Of a DNA stretch of 64,000 nt, positions 1 through 11,900 are shown piece by piece. This DNA is from Macrostomum hystrix (Eukaryota > Animalia > Platyhelminthes): NCBI GenBank assembly GCA_950097015.1, contig CATNEN010000039.1, positions 9,424,001-9,488,000 on the forward strand, given 5' to 3'. Every line of letters starts with the position of its first letter. Within the stretch, counting starts at the first letter, position 1. The position numbers and the translations under genes are program-made. A model generated the notes under the pieces. The model made no database searches, was not told the DNA's origin, and saw only the letters and a list, made by a program, of their open reading frames with translations.

Positions 1-206
1 CTTTTTTCTCTATCTTCCAAAATGTTTAACCAATCGCTATGAAAATCCAGAACACGGGCTAGATTTTTTCGGTCTATGCGATGAAACAACTTCCAGAATA
101 ACAAAACATCGGCATCGTCGAGATATTCAACGATTCTCTGGTCGGGGTGTATGTTGCAAAAGCCATTAATTTGGGCAGACTTTTTCGGCTCACCAAAGTT
201 CGTCAT
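1..206 (-). CDS. 5' part of an unannotated protein running off the window edge, possibly death-fold (death-domain-like)
   Basis: ATG at 206-204, preceded by an in-frame TAA and an AG 5 nt upstream. 68 open codons reach the edge: MTNFGEPKKSAQINGFCNIHPDQRIVEYLDDADVLLFWKLFHRIDRKNLARVLDFHSDWLNILEDREK. Absent from the ORF track because there is no stop in the window. Confidence 0.45.
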   Translation of the reverse strand, partial: MTNFGEPKKSAQINGFCNIHPDQRIVEYLDDADVLLFWKLFHRIDRKNLARVLDFHSDWLNILEDREK

Positions 207-1224
207 GTCGGCTATTGTTGTTGGTTATATTTTAATGATATTGTTTAGCTTGTATTATTACATTATTCTACAAATATGGCTTCGCCACATAGGTTCATGC
301 AGGGCATCCTTGTCCCCACCGTCCACCGGAACAACCCTTTATTCAACTATTTAAAATTGCACCTTCGACTTAGTGGGGCGAGCTGAATTTGCAATAGCTC
401 ACTTAAGGCTACCTTAAATGGTCTCGCTGGAGTTTCACTTTAACATTCGGGAGAAAGCGTTGCATCCCTTTAATCTCCTCCGAAGGAGGAGTTAAGGATA
501 GTTTCTCGTTAAAAAAACAGTCAGCCTTAGATAGGAGTTAAGAGCCCAGTAACAAGAAGAAGAATGAGCTTTAACAGCACAAGAAAGCCTTAAAGCTGGC
601 TGCAGTCATTTCACAATAACAAACTGAAATAGTTTTCTAGCAGCTAAAAGCCAAGTTTGAATAATAAAAAGGCTGGGCAATGAAATAAAGAATTTCGAAT
701 GAATGAGAGTAATTAAGGCTCGGAGGTTGATTTATAATAGAGAAAATCTGCGAAGATTAGACCATCGAGAAAAAATATGCACCTGGCTGGTCCAAGCAGG
801 TAGAGTCTTCTCATTTAGTAACTAGACTAGAAGAAGAGTAGAAAGATAGAAATTCTTCACGCTTCGTAGAGACTTAAATAGTATTTTGAAGACGCAGAAA
901 AATAACTCGAGAATGAAAACTATTTTTCTAACTACCGAGTTCAGTCTCTGTGCTTAATATACCCCTGTTTGCAACTCATCGCACTACTTATGAGTAGTCA
1001 TAATGCACACGACAAAACGTTTAACGATAGTAAGACAAAAGACCGTTCGAATTTTTTTAACCTTTGCAAGAGTTTTACACTTAAGCAGCAGTTTTAAAGA
1101 TTGAAGTTAGGCAGCTATAACCATATTGAACAATATTATTGAATACGAGCATCTACTCGAAGCATCTACTTATATCTACTAACGCACAGAACTTATTAGA
1201 CTGAATTTTTTCTATAAAATAATG

Positions 1225-1545
1225 ACTGAATACAGGCTAAGGGTCAAATACAGCCTCTCTAATGGCCAAATACAGTCTTTCAAATGACTGAACGCAGCCT
1301 ATCTAATGGCCAAATGTAGCCTTTCTAATGACCAAAGATAGTCTCTCTAATTAATAAATGCAGCCTATCTAATTGTCAAATAGAGTTTCTCAAATGGCTA
1401 AATCCAATCTCACTTAACACAGCCTCTCTAATGGCCAAATACAGTCTACCTAATGACCAAATGTAGCCACTCTAATGACCAAATACAGTCTCTCAACAGC
1501 CTTTCTAAAATACAGCCTCTCTAATCCTAAAATAAAGTTTCTCCA
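1225..1545. repeat. Degenerate minisatellite (~22-23 bp, AAATACAGCCTCTCTAATGGCC-like)
   Basis: Recurrent caaatacagcctctctaatg variants. Confidence 0.7.
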
Positions 1546-2469
1546 ACATTCTCACTAGTAGGTGTGAGTGTAATAAAATAGATTTCAGAACTATCAGAAC
1601 TTTAAGAACTTTTCAGAACTCACAGCAAGTCGGTAACTGACAACTCTTGGAGACAATCTGACAATTCGTTTGACCGCCACTAGAAAGCAAGAGTACAAAA
1701 TAATGATTAAGAGACACGCTAGCAGCAGTGCACCGGGCCATAGCACATGTACTTCTCGCGTGAATGGACTCGACATTGGGACAGGAGCTATATTATAAGA
1801 AACTAATCCTGCGTGTCCGCTTCATTTTAGATCACCTCGATCTAACGGAAACTGAGTTTTCTTCCTGTTTTGAATCTCATCAATAATTAGCTCTAAATAT
1901 AAACTACGTATATTCATATATGAATGTATACGCTCGTATTTTATAAACAGCGACCGCCATTTGGCAAGCGGGAAAGGAAAGGATAATATAATCTGGGGCT
2001 GCACAGTTGGTCCTGTACAGTTCAAGTGTGCGCTGTTAGTCGTACGCAGGTTTTTAGCCAAAAATTCTACGTATGAAAATTTCAGTCTAGTAGCTATATA
2101 GGAGAAGCAGAGGCACGCCTACAAGGCAGGAAATGACTCCTCAGAAAGATCAGGCGGCTTATAACACGCGGCAGAAGCCCTTATCTAGCGCACTTTCTCG
2201 CTGTCTCTTTACATACTCGTCCCTCGTCCCTAAAAGCAGCAATGAGCTGTGTCGACAATTCTTTCAAAATAGCCTAGTTGGGACAGAACAGTGAAAAAAA
2301 TGTTTATTAGTCTAAATAACTTTTACAAAACACATATATGAGCAGCTATCAATTGCACACTCAGAAAGGACTGAGGCTATTTTGAGTTGTACAGCTAGGA
2401 GCACACAGAAAAAGACAAGTCGGTCGTTTTAGCAATGCTTTTAACGGGAGTTCCTATGGCTAGCCTATG

Positions 2470-2855
2470 TGTAACTCATTGGTTAGTGACTTTGGGCTTC
2501 TGTTCAAGAGGTCAGGAGTTCGAATCGTTTAAGTTGCAACCCATTGGTTAGTGACTTTGGGTTTCTGTTCAAGAGGTCAGGAGTTCGAATCGCTTAAGTT
2601 GCAACCCATTGGTTAGTGACTTTGGGCTTCTGTTCAAGAGGTCAGGAGTTCGAATCGCTTAAGTTGCAACCCATTGGTTAGTGACTTTGGGCTTCTGTTC
2701 AAGAGGTCAGGAGTTCGAATCGTTTAAGTTGCAACCCATTGGTTAGTGACTTTGGGTTTCTGATCGAGAGATCAGGAGTTCGAATCTCTTAAGATGAGAC
2801 CCATTGGTTAGTCACTTCGGACTTCTGATAGAGAGCTTAGGAGTTCGAATCTCTT
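2470..2855 (+). repeat. Tandem array (~6 x 65 bp) of a tRNA-like SINE head
   Basis: Unit ccattggttagtgactttgggcttctgttcaagaggtcaggagttcgaatcg(t/c)ttaagttgcaac carries A-box-like TGGTTAG and B-box GTTCGAATC. It is followed by a SINE-B-like tail at ~2905-2975. Confidence 0.85.
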
Positions 2856-3875
2856 GGGGTTTCCGAGCTGAGAAGTTGATACCGGCATTTGTTTGAGTAG
2901 AAATTTGATTGGGTATGCGTCGACCTCTACAGTCCACGGACTGAACAGCTGTACACAGCCTTTGAATGCGGCAGCTAGTCAGCCTACACCTGTAGATTCT
3001 AAATCTCTCCAGATTCTAAATCTAGAGCACTTCTCTGGCTGAATGGAAATCGATATTTAGAAAATTAAAAGGCAAAATGCTAGTTGCTGACCCTGTGGCC
3101 AAGTACGCCATCTCCAGCAGCCTCTGGCTCGCCTCCCTACCACGCCAGGCCTCCCCAGGAAGTGCGGAGTGAAAAACCCGAAGCAGTCAATAGTGGACAA
3201 ATTAAAACAATTAGAACAAGGACTGGCTAATGTACCAGCCCAGATTCCACTAAAATCTAAACAGACAGAGGTAAATGTACACTAATTAAATATATGAGTC
3301 AGCATAAAACTTTTCTTATTTCTAGCATTTTGCATATTTTTCAACTGAAAGGGCATACTAGTTGTACCTTAGAAAAGTAAAAAATATACCTTACATTTCT
3401 CTTATTTCTAATTTCTTAATCAAACGATATTATCAAATTACACTACTTACGCTCGCACAGTAGCAAGTTATTATTCCGCCCGTCGATTTCAACGCAAGCG
3501 GTAAAAAAATTCTAAATAAACAAAAAGTTCCATTCAGAGAAATAATTACAACTAATTTTCTATGACTTCTGGTAGTCACAATTCCTGGCGTTTATAACTA
3601 GCAGCTCGAGCCGACCCATTAGCATTCCAGTCAGATTTGGCAACAAATATCATCGACAAAGTGCCGTCAATGAATTAGCATAACTTACGAGCGTAAAAGT
3701 GCATAAGTACAGTGACATCACGTGACACCAAATTATAAATAGCATATTAAACGTGAGACCTATCGGAATGGATTGATCTGCTAATTTATGTCAATAAAAA
3801 TTTTATCAGGGACAACTAAATAGTTACTGTCATTAAATGTTGAGTTTCATTATCTCTTTTGCAATTAATCTTTCC

Positions 3876-4927
3876 GGCGTCTCATCTCTGCCGTGTCTCA
3901 TCTCTGCCCTGTCTCATCTCTGCCGTGTCTCATCTCTGCTGCGTCTCATCTCTGCCGTGTCTCATCTCTGCCCTGTCTCATCTCTGCCGTGTCTCATCTC
4001 TGCTGCGTCTCATCTCTGCCGTGTCTCATCTCTGCCGTGTCTCATCTCTGCTGCGTCTCATCTCTGCCGTGTCTCATCTCTGCCGTGTCTCATCTCTGCT
4101 GCGTCTCATCTCTGCCGTGTCTCATCTCTGCTGCGTCTCATCTCTGCCGTGTCTCATCTCTGCTGCGTCTCATCTCTGCTGCGTCTCATCTCTGCCGTGT
4201 CTCATCTCTGCTGCGTCTCATCTCTGCCGTGTCTCATCTCTGCTGTGTCTCATCTCTGCCGTGTCTCATCTCTGCTGCGTCTCATCTCTGCCGTGTCTCA
4301 TCTCTGCTGCGTCTCATCTCTGCCGTGTCTCATCTCTGCTGCGTCTCATCTCTGCTGCGTCTCATCTCTGCCGTGTCTCATCTCTGCTGCGTCTCATCTC
4401 TGCCCTGTCTCATCTCTGCTGCGTCTCATCTCTGCCGTGTCTCATCTCTGCCCTGTCTCATCTCTCCCGTGTCTCATCTCTGCCGTGTCTCATCTCTGCC
4501 GTGTCTCATCTCTGCCGTGTCTCATCTCTGCCCTGTCTCATCTCTCCCGTGTCTCATCTCTGCCGTGTCTCATCTCTGCCGTGTCTCATCTCTGCCGTGT
4601 CTCATCTCTCCCTTGTCTCATCTCTGCCGTGTCTCATCTCTGCCGTGTCTCATCTCTGCCGTGTCTCATCTCTGCCGTGTCTCATCTCTGCCCTGTCTCA
4701 TCTCTGCCCTGTCTCATCTCTCCCGTGTCTCATCTCTGCCGTGTCTTATCTCTGCTGCGTCTCATCTCTGCCGTGTCTCATCTCTGCCGTGTCTCATCTC
4801 TGCCGTGTCTCATCTCTGCCCTGTCTCATCTCTGCCCTGTCTCATCTCTCCCGTGTCTCATCTCTGCCGTGTCTTATCTCTGCTGCGTCTCATCTCTGCC
4901 GTGTCTCATCTCTGCCGTGTCTCATCT
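3876..4927. repeat. 16-bp minisatellite (GTGTCTCATCTCTGCC)n
   Basis: About 65 visible units; produces spurious ORFs in all three + frames. Confidence 0.97.
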
Positions 4928-5575
4928 ACGCCCACGTCCTATCTCACTCTATGTCTTATCTCACCCGATGTCTCTTCTCACTGTCCTATTTGGCGGCTAA
5001 ACTACCAAATTAGAAATACACTCGTAAACTATTTGTATTCGATTCAGTCTAAAGTCTGAACCTTCTATACTACTAGCTATCTTATAAAACCTTACATAGT
5101 AAAGCAGTCTACACTCTACAGTAATGCACTTTAAGCCATTATTCTATTATTAGAGCTTTAGGAAATACAATATTTGTGGGAGAGAGAGGATGGCCGCGAG
5201 AAACGGAGAGAGATAGAGAATTCCCTGAAATGAGAGGCTGGACAGTGTGAGATAGGCAGGAATAGGCAGTTTGATTTCGCACTGAATGCTACTTAGGGCA
5301 AACTACGTATAATGCATTATGCGAGTACTAAGAATATAACTATACATCCGGTAGCTGCTACTAAGCTGTACAACTAGATTAATGTGCGTGTCCAACAGCC
5401 AATTAAATATTCGATCGATAATTCAAAAGTCAAACTGCGCGAAACTTTAAACAAAATCGTTATGGCATGAGTACAACATGCGACAAATATGCAACAGGAA
5501 TGAAATTTAAACTTTTACACTGAGCCTTATTTGCCTCCTTCTTTAAGCAAGATTTAGTTTTTTATTTATTTTCCT

Positions 5576-5580
5576 GTTGT

Positions 5581-5618
<38 letters not shown>

Positions 5619-5650
5619 GCTGTTGTTGTTGTTGTTGTTGTTGTTGTTGC

Positions 5651-5681
<31 letters not shown>

Positions 5682-5698
5682 GCTGTTGTTGTTGTTGC

Positions 5699-5729
<31 letters not shown>

Positions 5730-5762
5730 GCTGTTGTTGTTGCTGTTGTTGTTGTTGTTGTT
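5576..5762. repeat. (TTG)n microsatellite
   Basis: Direct inspection; occasional CTG interruptions. Confidence 0.97.
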
Positions 5763-6072
5763 TTAGTTTTTTCATTGTTGATATTATTAATAATATCGTT
5801 ATTGTTCCTGTTCTTGCTGTTGACATACCCTTTCAGGCATTAATAGCATTTAAAAATTAAATCACAGTGTCGAAAGTAATCATAAATAATTACTTTTTAT
5901 TCGTTTTTTATCGTTTAAAAAAACAAAATTATAGCGCGCACATTACCCATATCTTAAACGAAATCAAATTAAACGAAAATTTCCAATCACCTGTCTGGTT
6001 AATTTTAATTTGAAATAAATCAATCAATCAATAGTATTATAAGCTTATCGTGTAAACTAAACGTAAACTTAC

Positions 6073-9000
6073 TCCTCCGATATTCGCCGACCGGCGCTGA
6101 ATTCTAACGCGCTATGGAATAAAAACATGGAATAAAACAGTGACATCCATGACATTGTACAACATTCATGTTGGATTCAGTCTCATTAATATTTACAGGA
6201 GGGCTGTGGTGGAGGCACTGCTACATATTTTGGTGACAGTAGGAGGTAATTCTGTACATCTGCCCTGACTTTCTCATCGTCAGGCAGTGTACACTCTCAC
6301 TGTGCTTTGGAGGTTGGCCCTCAAGGGCGTAAATTGCACGACAAGCCCCCAAGCCTTCTCTCCGCGGCTGCGCCCAAGTTAATATGGCTTCGCCGCGGAA
6401 TCGAGCTTTGGGACCTTGGTGCGAGGGGCAAACGCGCTAGACCGCTCTGGCACTCATTATGGTAAAAATACGACAAAAATAGGAGGGTGTCGTTGCTTAA
6501 CGAGGATATAATTTAAAATTCCAATATAAAATTAAAATACTTTATTGGTTTCCTTATGTAAGATACAATAGAGTAATGCAACAGGCAGAGTTACAACAGA
6601 AACACATAATCTATTTTTATTGTACAAAAATATAAATTTAAAGAGATGATAACGTGTGAATTGATTAGTCTAAGTAAGGAAAATACTAAGATAGAAAAGA
6701 AAACGGATTGCCACAGAAATGTAGAAATTGAAGACAGCCAAACTTTACTTAGCAAATCATATTTTGAAGGCCCATTTAAATAAAATTGCAGTGCCTTAGT
6801 TCAGTAATTGAACTAGCAATTGCGAGGGCACTAAATAGACACTGGGGGACAGTCAACACACTGAGACGATTCTGCCCGTTACGCTGGCCTAGCCGCGGAT
6901 TCGAGCCCAGGTACTCTAGTAAGAGAGTCTATTCGTCACCCAAAGCCCAGGCTTGTTTTGTATAAAAAATACGTTAATGAAAATCTATCACACAAATTCA
7001 AGGTTTACCGGACTATCAGCGTTGTGAATCTCAATACCGCGAACAACCTGTCATTTTTTGTGCAGCAAAAATCGTCAATTAATTATTCTATTTTCTTTAT
7101 AAAATCTTTTTGTGGAACTTTTTAATGTCGCTTCTTTTGTAACAATCCAATTTTACATACCTGATAGTGCAGAATAATCACCCACACTAATCCTAGTGTG
7201 AGTTTGGGATTTCCGTCCACAATGTCATCCGGTCGAATGTTGACAATGCGAGCCTGCGGTGTCATATAGGGACATATAGTAAAACTCCTGAGTGATAGAA
7301 AATAGAGCGAATTCAACACAAGTTAACAATTCATACCCCATCGAATTGAAGAAACTGGAGGCCGATTTCAACATTTTGCAGGTGATGAAATCGTAACTGG
7401 CCACGCTCGATCGGCAGCACGTGGCCCGACAGAATCTCCAACAGGGAGATAAGGACGGAGCCGCAGCGCAGATCTTGGAATAGATCCGCCACTCTGATGG
7501 ATTTCTGTAAATGTTGCATTGTGTTGGTTTCATTGCGCGGCGCATTCAAAAGCTATGTTCAACCTGTTCAGTCCATGGACCGGGGAGGGGATGGGCAAAA
7601 GCATCAGCTGGGATAATTGAGGGTGGGTGTGGCGTCCCCACCAGTCCATAGACGGAACAGCCGTGCCGTCTATTTGGCTGTGCTGTCGGCTGCACATCTG
7701 GCCCGACTGGGGCAGGTGTAATCAATTAGCATTATTTATTTATTTTTACAAAGAAAAAACCGATTTAAAACTAAACTAAATTTGAACTATGCTTACATTT
7801 TTCTCTAGACTAGAAATAGGAACAAGAAATGGATACACACAGGCAGCAAGCTTGGCCCAGATTAAAACGGGTCACTTACTCGTCTGAGCTGCTGATTCAC
7901 CCATTTGGTAAAAGTTCGCTTCTGAATATTGTCGCGAGCATCTGAAAAATTAAGAGCAAACTCAATGAAGACTGAATTGCAATCAAAGAGATGTATCTGT
8001 TATATATAATTATGCGGGCAATGATAGTTAGACTATCGATTTGAAATCGCATTGAAATACGTTATTCTCGGTAAAAAAACGGATAAACACTCGATGCACA
8101 AGTGAGAACACAATATAAAGCAACAGTTTGTCTTTTAAAATTTTATTGCGAAACGAAATCGAATTTATTGTTATGTTAACACATTTGTCATTGGGCAGGT
8201 TAATTATTGAACTGTGATGGACCAAAATGGTCATTAAGAACTTCTCAAACAATACAATCAATAATAAACAATCACTTATTGGTGTTGAAAGAAGTTAAGA
8301 AAAAAGACATGTGCATTATGCGTTCTGAAATTATGCATTGTTATTGTGGCACTTTAAAGTTTATAATAATTAATTCTCAAAAATTAGTTAGAACACTGAT
8401 ATAACCCACATAAATATGTACTTAAATAAGAGAATGCAACACTTTAACTGTGATGGACACCGGCCTACGAATTTCTTATTAGCCCATAAGAGTTGACTTG
8501 TAGCTACGAGTATTTATAGAAAATATCTAGCCTTCAAGTTTGACGATAGGGTCAGAGTTTTTGTATTTATAGAAAAGCCTGCATGGGACGAGCGTGGCGT
8601 GACTAAACAGCCAATTAAATTTCCACGGCAGGATGGAGTTGCTACTATTTTTAGAAAAGCCTGCAGGGGACGAGCGTGGCGTGACTAAACAGCCAATTAA
8701 ATTTCCACGGCAGGATGGAGTTTTACTATTTTTAGAAAAGCCTGCAGGGACGAGCGTGGCGTGACTGACTAAACAGCCAATTAAATTTCCACGGCAGGAT
8801 GGAGTTTTTACTATTTATAGAAAAGCCTGCAGGGAACGAGCGTGGCGTGACTGACTAAACAGCCAATTAAATTTCCACGGCAGGATGGAGTTTTTACTAT
8901 TTATAGAAAAGCCTGCAGGGACGAGCGTGGCGTGACTGACTAAACAGCCAATTAAATTTCCACGGCAGGATGGATTTGTTACTATTTTTAGAAAAGCCCG

Positions 9001-10448
9001 CAGGGGACGAGCGTGACTAACTAAACAGCCAATAAAATTTCGACTTGCACCTGACCTTACAACCTACAACATAAGGCTCACATACACTACCTTGCTGCGT
9101 TGCATTCTCCTAATACGTTAGACTAGGTGATACAATGTATTATTAATTATTAAGAGCTAATTCTTCTATCTGGAAACCATAACAAAGTCCGCATTTTTTA
9201 TTAAGAAAAAATTAGCAAATACAAACACCAGATGTTAGGAAAGTGTACTAGACTGGCCAGAGATAACTCCGCTAAACCAACAGTCGACGGACTTTTCCTA
9301 TTTTAGTAGCTGGCGGTCTCACCTTCTTAGCCAGACTCGCCCGGAGCCGAATTTCGGCATTGGTTGAAACTGCTTAGAACATATTTAATTGCGATAGTAT
9401 CTAGTTAGCAATGACAATAAATCTTTTTTCTTATGATCATTTGTAAATCGAAATTTGTCGCAAAGTCGATACACTGGAAGGTCAAATTTGTCCGTTTAAA
9501 AGGCTTGTGGCACGGAAGCAAACAAAAATTGATTTCATAAACATAACAGAACTTAATTTCAGAGGATAGTTTACAATATGATTTGTTTTTGTGTCAAAGC
9601 TAACTACTAAATTTTTTTTTCAATAAAGTAAAGTCTCTGTAATATAAAAACCTGGATAGAGAACGGATAGAGGGAATTAGAGAGTGGATAGAGAATGGAT
9701 AGAGGGAATTAGAGAGTGGATAGAGAATGGTTAGAGGGAATTAGAGAGTGGATAGAGAATGGATAGAGGGAATTAGAGAGTGGATAGAGAATGGTTAGAG
9801 GGAATTAGAGAGTGGATAGAGAATGGATAGAGGGAATTAGAGAGTGGATAGAGAATGGATAGAGGGGATTAGAGAGTGGATAGAGAATGGATAGAGGGAA
9901 TTAGAGAGTGGATAGAGAATGGATAGAGGGAAGTAGAGAGTGGATAGAGAACGGATAGAGGGAAGTAGAGAGTGGATAGAGAACGGATAGAGGGAAGTAG
10001 AGAGTGGATAGACAACGAATAGAGAGAAGTAGGGAGTCGATAGAGAACGGACAGAGGGAAGTAGAGGACGGATAAAAGGGCGAATAGAGAGTAGACGGGT
10101 GCGAATAGAGGGTAAGTAGAGGGCGGATGGAGGGCGGATGGAGGGCGGATGGAGGGCGGATGGAGGGTGGATGGAGGGCGGATGGAGGGTGGATGGAGGG
10201 TGGATAGAGGGTAAGTAGAGAGCGGATAGAGGTAATTAGGGGACAGATAAGAGAAAGCGCAGTAATAAATAGATATCATTAAACAATGTGAAGAAATCGG
10301 TAATAGGCACGAATTCCAGTGACTTACCGGCTACTCGAATGACAGCCCTGTCAGCCGCGTCCAACTGGAGCAGACTCAGGGCTGGCAGGTAGGAATCCAT
10401 CAATTCCGGACCCGCACCTTTGCGCCGGCCGAATAGAAAGGAATTCAT
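6073..10448 (-). CDS. Spectraplakin/plakin-family (Shot/MACF1/dystonin/plectin-like) N-terminal exons encoding calponin-homology domain CH1; incomplete
   Basis: GT-AG phase-consistent exons 10448-10328, 7941-7880, 7504-7337, 7253-7161 and a tentative exon 6111-6073. They give [31 protein letters not shown]...DLFQDLRCG...[10 protein letters not shown], matching the LDPADRAVLRIADERDRVQKKTFTKWVN signature of the family. Confidence 0.85.
6253..6455 (-). mobile_element. SINE family A copy (tRNA-derived)
   Basis: Reverse complement of the 30249-30560 element (cagagcggtctagcgcg...ctcgattccgcggcga...actgcctgacgatgagaaagtcagggcagatg). Confidence 0.85.
7530..7745. mobile_element. SINE family B fragments: one inverted (7530-7590) and one direct (7600-7745)
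   Basis: agctgggataattgagggtgggtgtggcgtcccc...ggggcaggtgtaatcaatta matches 30562-30858. The upstream piece is the reverse complement of its cagtccatggactgaacag segment. Confidence 0.75.
8560..9040. repeat. Tandem repeat, 81-86 bp x ~5.5, intronic
   Basis: agaaaagcc starts at 8571, 8653, 8734, 8819, 8905, 8990. Confidence 0.93.
9654..10225. repeat. Purine-rich 32-bp minisatellite grading into 11-bp (GGGCGGATGGA)n
   Basis: agagagtggatagagaatggatagagggaatt units, then gggcggatgga units. Confidence 0.92.
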
Positions 10449-11279
10449 TTCTGAATTGTTTTAATATTAGACAAGCTAACATACGATTGAATCGCAAGCC
10501 GACATGGCAATCGTTTCTCTTAGCAGTTGAACTGCTTGAATATCGATTTTAGAAGAAGGTAGAAAGACAATTTACAGTAGCCAGTGAGCACAAAAATAAA
10601 CTAGTGCTCCCGGAACTCAGGCAAGAGTTTAGTTGCAAAGCAGGCAGCTGGCAAAGTTAAGCTCACTGTGGTGCTGAAAGCTGAAAATGTTAACAGGAAA
10701 TAACAAATTACTAAAACTACTTGTCAATTGGACTGCTATTAAATTAAACCGAGAAAATAGGCAACACAAATATGTAGTCTCGCTTTTAAATCAAAAAGCT
10801 ATTCATGATTAGAGAGATCTATATTAAACCAATGAGACTTATTGGCTGAGCGAGGCAATCTAACATTTTAGCCAATGAGAATGAAGATTGAAAAGTACTC
10901 TAAAATGCAGATAAAACTCAGGTCACAGAATTAGAAAAAAACTTCTTATTTATTTGAATGATAGAGGAATTGGACCCCCTGGCTCTGTCTGTATTTTGGT
11001 CTTATCTATGCTATTTGAAAAAGCAGAAATCTAGTTACTCTTGCAGTGGCTTTTGTGGAGACACGAAAATTCACCTGGTGGCTAGTAGTTAAATTAGAAT
11101 TGCTCCGGTCATTTCAATCCTTGAAAGAAACTAGAATCTTACTAGATTAAAAACATTTCTATACACTAAAAGTTCCAAGCTAATAGTAGTTTTGCCGGGC
11201 TTTTGTCAGCAAGTCAGGAGAAGGTGATCACGAAAACTAAGTTAACTTAGCTTTTAAGTTAATAGTTCAAGTTTAAGTA

Positions 11280-11900
11280 GGCCAAGTGAAAATGGGTGTG
11301 TATACAGCGCAATTGAAGATGAAGCACTGCAAGTGACTCAAGCCTTTGTTGGTGATCTGGAAGCCAGAGGTACCCACTGCATTGACAGGGTCTTTGTCTC
11401 GGCGGTCACACTGTGCAGCCAGGTCAAGAAAGCCAGGCTTCCTCCTCATCATCCTGAAGGAGTTGTGTGCACAGCGGACATGCTCAGCTCGGTTGTTATC
11501 AGTGAGCAGGTGTGGCACCCACCTGGTGGATACATGCTTCAGCTGCTGATCATGCATCGGGATTGCATCAATCGTGGTCTTGGATATTCCAGTCTCTCAG
11601 GTGAGATACCTGAGGTGAGTGGCAGAGCGGTCTAACGCGTTTGCCACTCGCATCAAGGTTCCTGAGCTCGATTCCGCTGCGAGACCTCATTCTTTTGGGG
11701 CGCAACCGCGTAGAGAAGGCAATTAAAGCCCTTGAGGGTCAACCTCCAAGGGACAGTAACAGTGTGCACTGGACAGCAGAACTGCCTACTCGCTGGCCGT
11801 GGTTCTACTGTCCCCAATTGTTGTGCCAGTGCACAAAGACCAAAGATACAAAGAACTGCATGACCTACGGTCCATACAGTTGATTCCCAGTTCTGGCGAT
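11280..11900 (-). mobile_element. Decayed mariner (Tc1/mariner) transposase relic, interrupted by a SINE
   Basis: Translation LKHVSTRWVPHLLTDNNRAEHVRCA contains the mariner WVPHEL linker motif; frameshifted, boundaries approximate. Confidence 0.7.
11616..11775 (+). mobile_element. SINE family A copy (5' part) inserted in the mariner relic
   Basis: gagtggcagagcggtctaacgcgtttgccactcgcatcaaggttcctgagctcgattccgc. Confidence 0.8.

Noticed and set aside
2470-2855. CRISPR array or true tRNA gene cluster
   Set aside because: No unique spacers, no cas genes, eukaryotic context; units lack a complete acceptor stem.
3118-3270. Possible + strand exon (QQPLARLP...KQTE|gt)
   Set aside because: Open and bounded by AG/GT, but no partner exons or recognisable homology.
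3837-5059. Three ~385-aa ORFs
   Set aside because: Translations of a stop-free 16-bp minisatellite, open in all three frames; no coding evidence.
5566-5843. Poly-Q/poly-V/poly-L ORFs
   Set aside because: Microsatellite translations; only a weak AAG acceptor could link poly-Q to the CH gene.
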